A stretch of 20,000 nt of DNA, taken from contig NC_057754.1 of NCBI RefSeq assembly GCF_004010195.1, positions 6,243,950 through 6,263,949 of the forward strand, read 5' to 3'. Below the pieces are notes generated by a model. That model made no database searches. It was not told where the DNA came from and saw only the letters and a program-made list of their open reading frames with translations. Of the stretch, positions 18,790 through 20,000 are shown piece after piece (within the stretch, counting starts at the first letter, position 1; every line of letters begins with the position of its first letter). The DNA comes from Chiloscyllium plagiosum. Lineage: Eukaryota. The position numbers were made by a program, and so were the translations under genes.

Positions 18790-18856
18790 NNNNNNNNNNN
18801 NNNNNNNNNNNNNNNNNNNNNNNNNNNNNNNNNNNNNNNNNNNNNNNNNNNNNNNN
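18790..18856. other. Assembly gap (67 N)
   Basis: Run of N. Confidence 1.
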
Positions 18857-19235
18857 TTACGGGGTGGGGGCTGTTTCAGACTGAGATGGGGAGAAATGTC
18901 TTCCCCCAGAGAGTGTGGGGGGGGGGGGGCGGATCCTGTGGGATTCTCTGTCACAGAGAGGGGGTTTGGGGCCGAAACATCGAATGTTTTCAGGAAGGAG
19001 TTGGATCTAGGGCTGGAGGAATCAAAGAGTAGGGGGAGAGAGAGAGAGAGAGCGGGAACAGGGGACTGAGTGGGATGACGAGCTACCTGGAATCGGCCAG
19101 GGAATCAAAGCTAATGGGGACCGGTGCAGTGAAGTGGACGTGAGGAATATTGGATGAGCCATGATCCTAATGATTGGCGGAGCAGGTGCGAGGGGCCGAA
19201 TGGCCTACTCCAGCTCCGATCGCCTCTGCTTGTAC
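18857..19235 (+). mobile_element. CR1 3' end fragments
   Basis: LFQTEMGRNVFPQRV; tail GGCGGAGCAGGTGCGAGGGGCCGAATGGCCTACTCCAGCTCC. Confidence 0.75.
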
Positions 19236-19239
19236 ATTT

Positions 19240-19470
19240 CTTCTGTGCTCTCCATCTGCTGTGATCCTGTGTCGCAACTCTGACGTATCGGACCTTGTCA
19301 AAGTCCTTTTGCCCGGCCCAGGTACGCGACATCTCCCGCTTCCCCTCCATCCACTGGGATTGCCACTTGACCAAAAAGCTCTCGCGGATTAATTTTGCGC
19401 AAATTCCCTTTCATGAGACCACGGTGACGCTGTCTGTTCACATCTCAGTTTTCCGAGCATCCCGCTGTGA
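19240..19470 (-). pseudogene. Decayed CR1 RT-domain fragment
   Basis: RGLMKGNLRKINPRELFGQVAIPVDGGEAGDVAYL, a frameshift, then QKDFDKV; similar to HGFMKGKSCLTNLLEFFEEVT..VDEGEAVDVVYLDFQKAFDKV. Confidence 0.75.
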
Positions 19471-19574
19471 CTTCCTCTGAAGCAGAGCTGGCGGTGTAGT
19501 GATAATGCCACTGGCTTATCAGTCCAGATGCCGCAGAGCAGTGTTCTGCAGATACGGATTCAAATCCCACTGCG

Positions 19575-20000
19575 AAACGTGAGGTTAGGTGGGAAGAGCA
19601 GAGGCACGGACTGTTTTCTAAACGGGGAAAGGCTTCGGAATTCTGAAACACAAAGGGACTGGGGAGTCCGGGTTCAGGATTCCCTTCAGGTTAACACGCA
19701 GGCTCAGTCAGGAAGGCAAATGCGACGTTAGTGTTCATTTCCGAGAGGGCTAGAGCAGGGATGTGCTGCTGAGATTGTATAAGGCTCTGGACAGACCACA
19801 TTGGGAATATCGTAAGCAGTTTCGGGCCCCGTACCTAAGGAAGGAGGTTGCTGGCCCTTGGAGGTGGGCGTGAGGGGTCCAGAGGAGATTTACAAGAACG
19901 ATCCCGGGGATGAGGGGCTTGTGGGTATGAGGAGCGGGTGAGGACTCTGGGTCTGTACTCGATGGTATTTAGAAGGATTGGGTGGGGGGGGGGGGGGGGG
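19575..20000 (+). mobile_element. CR1 ORF2 C-terminal fragment
   Basis: FLNGERLRNSETQRDWGVRVQDSLQVN, VLLRLYKALDRPHWEYRKQFRAPYLRKE, GVQRRFTRTIPGMRG. Confidence 0.85.

Overview
Eukaryotic, repeat-saturated genomic DNA, most likely from a cartilaginous fish (shark-type HE1 SINEs, HER1/CR1 LINEs, L2-like LINEs, Penelope-like fragments). It has two assembly gaps (15894-16393 and 18790-18856). The only host coding sequence I recognise is a single 113-nt internal exon of SELENBP1 (methanethiol oxidase; 10344-10456, + strand). Its GT donor is intact, but the expected AG acceptor reads GG, and I found no neighbouring SELENBP1 exon in the window. Almost everything else is layered retroelement debris: a young 5'-truncated CR1 with an open RT frame and a 5-bp TSD, several SINEs with expanded 53-bp tandem arrays, and very decayed CR1 fossils. 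The most notable non-coding signals are two minimal hammerhead-ribozyme motifs in Penelope-like fragments (1218-1244 and 7930-7958). One of them lies in an inverted-pLTR insertion bounded by a 15-bp target-site duplication. No CRISPR array, rRNA or intact tRNA was found. Family names come from recalled consensus motifs, not database searches, and repeat boundaries are approximate.
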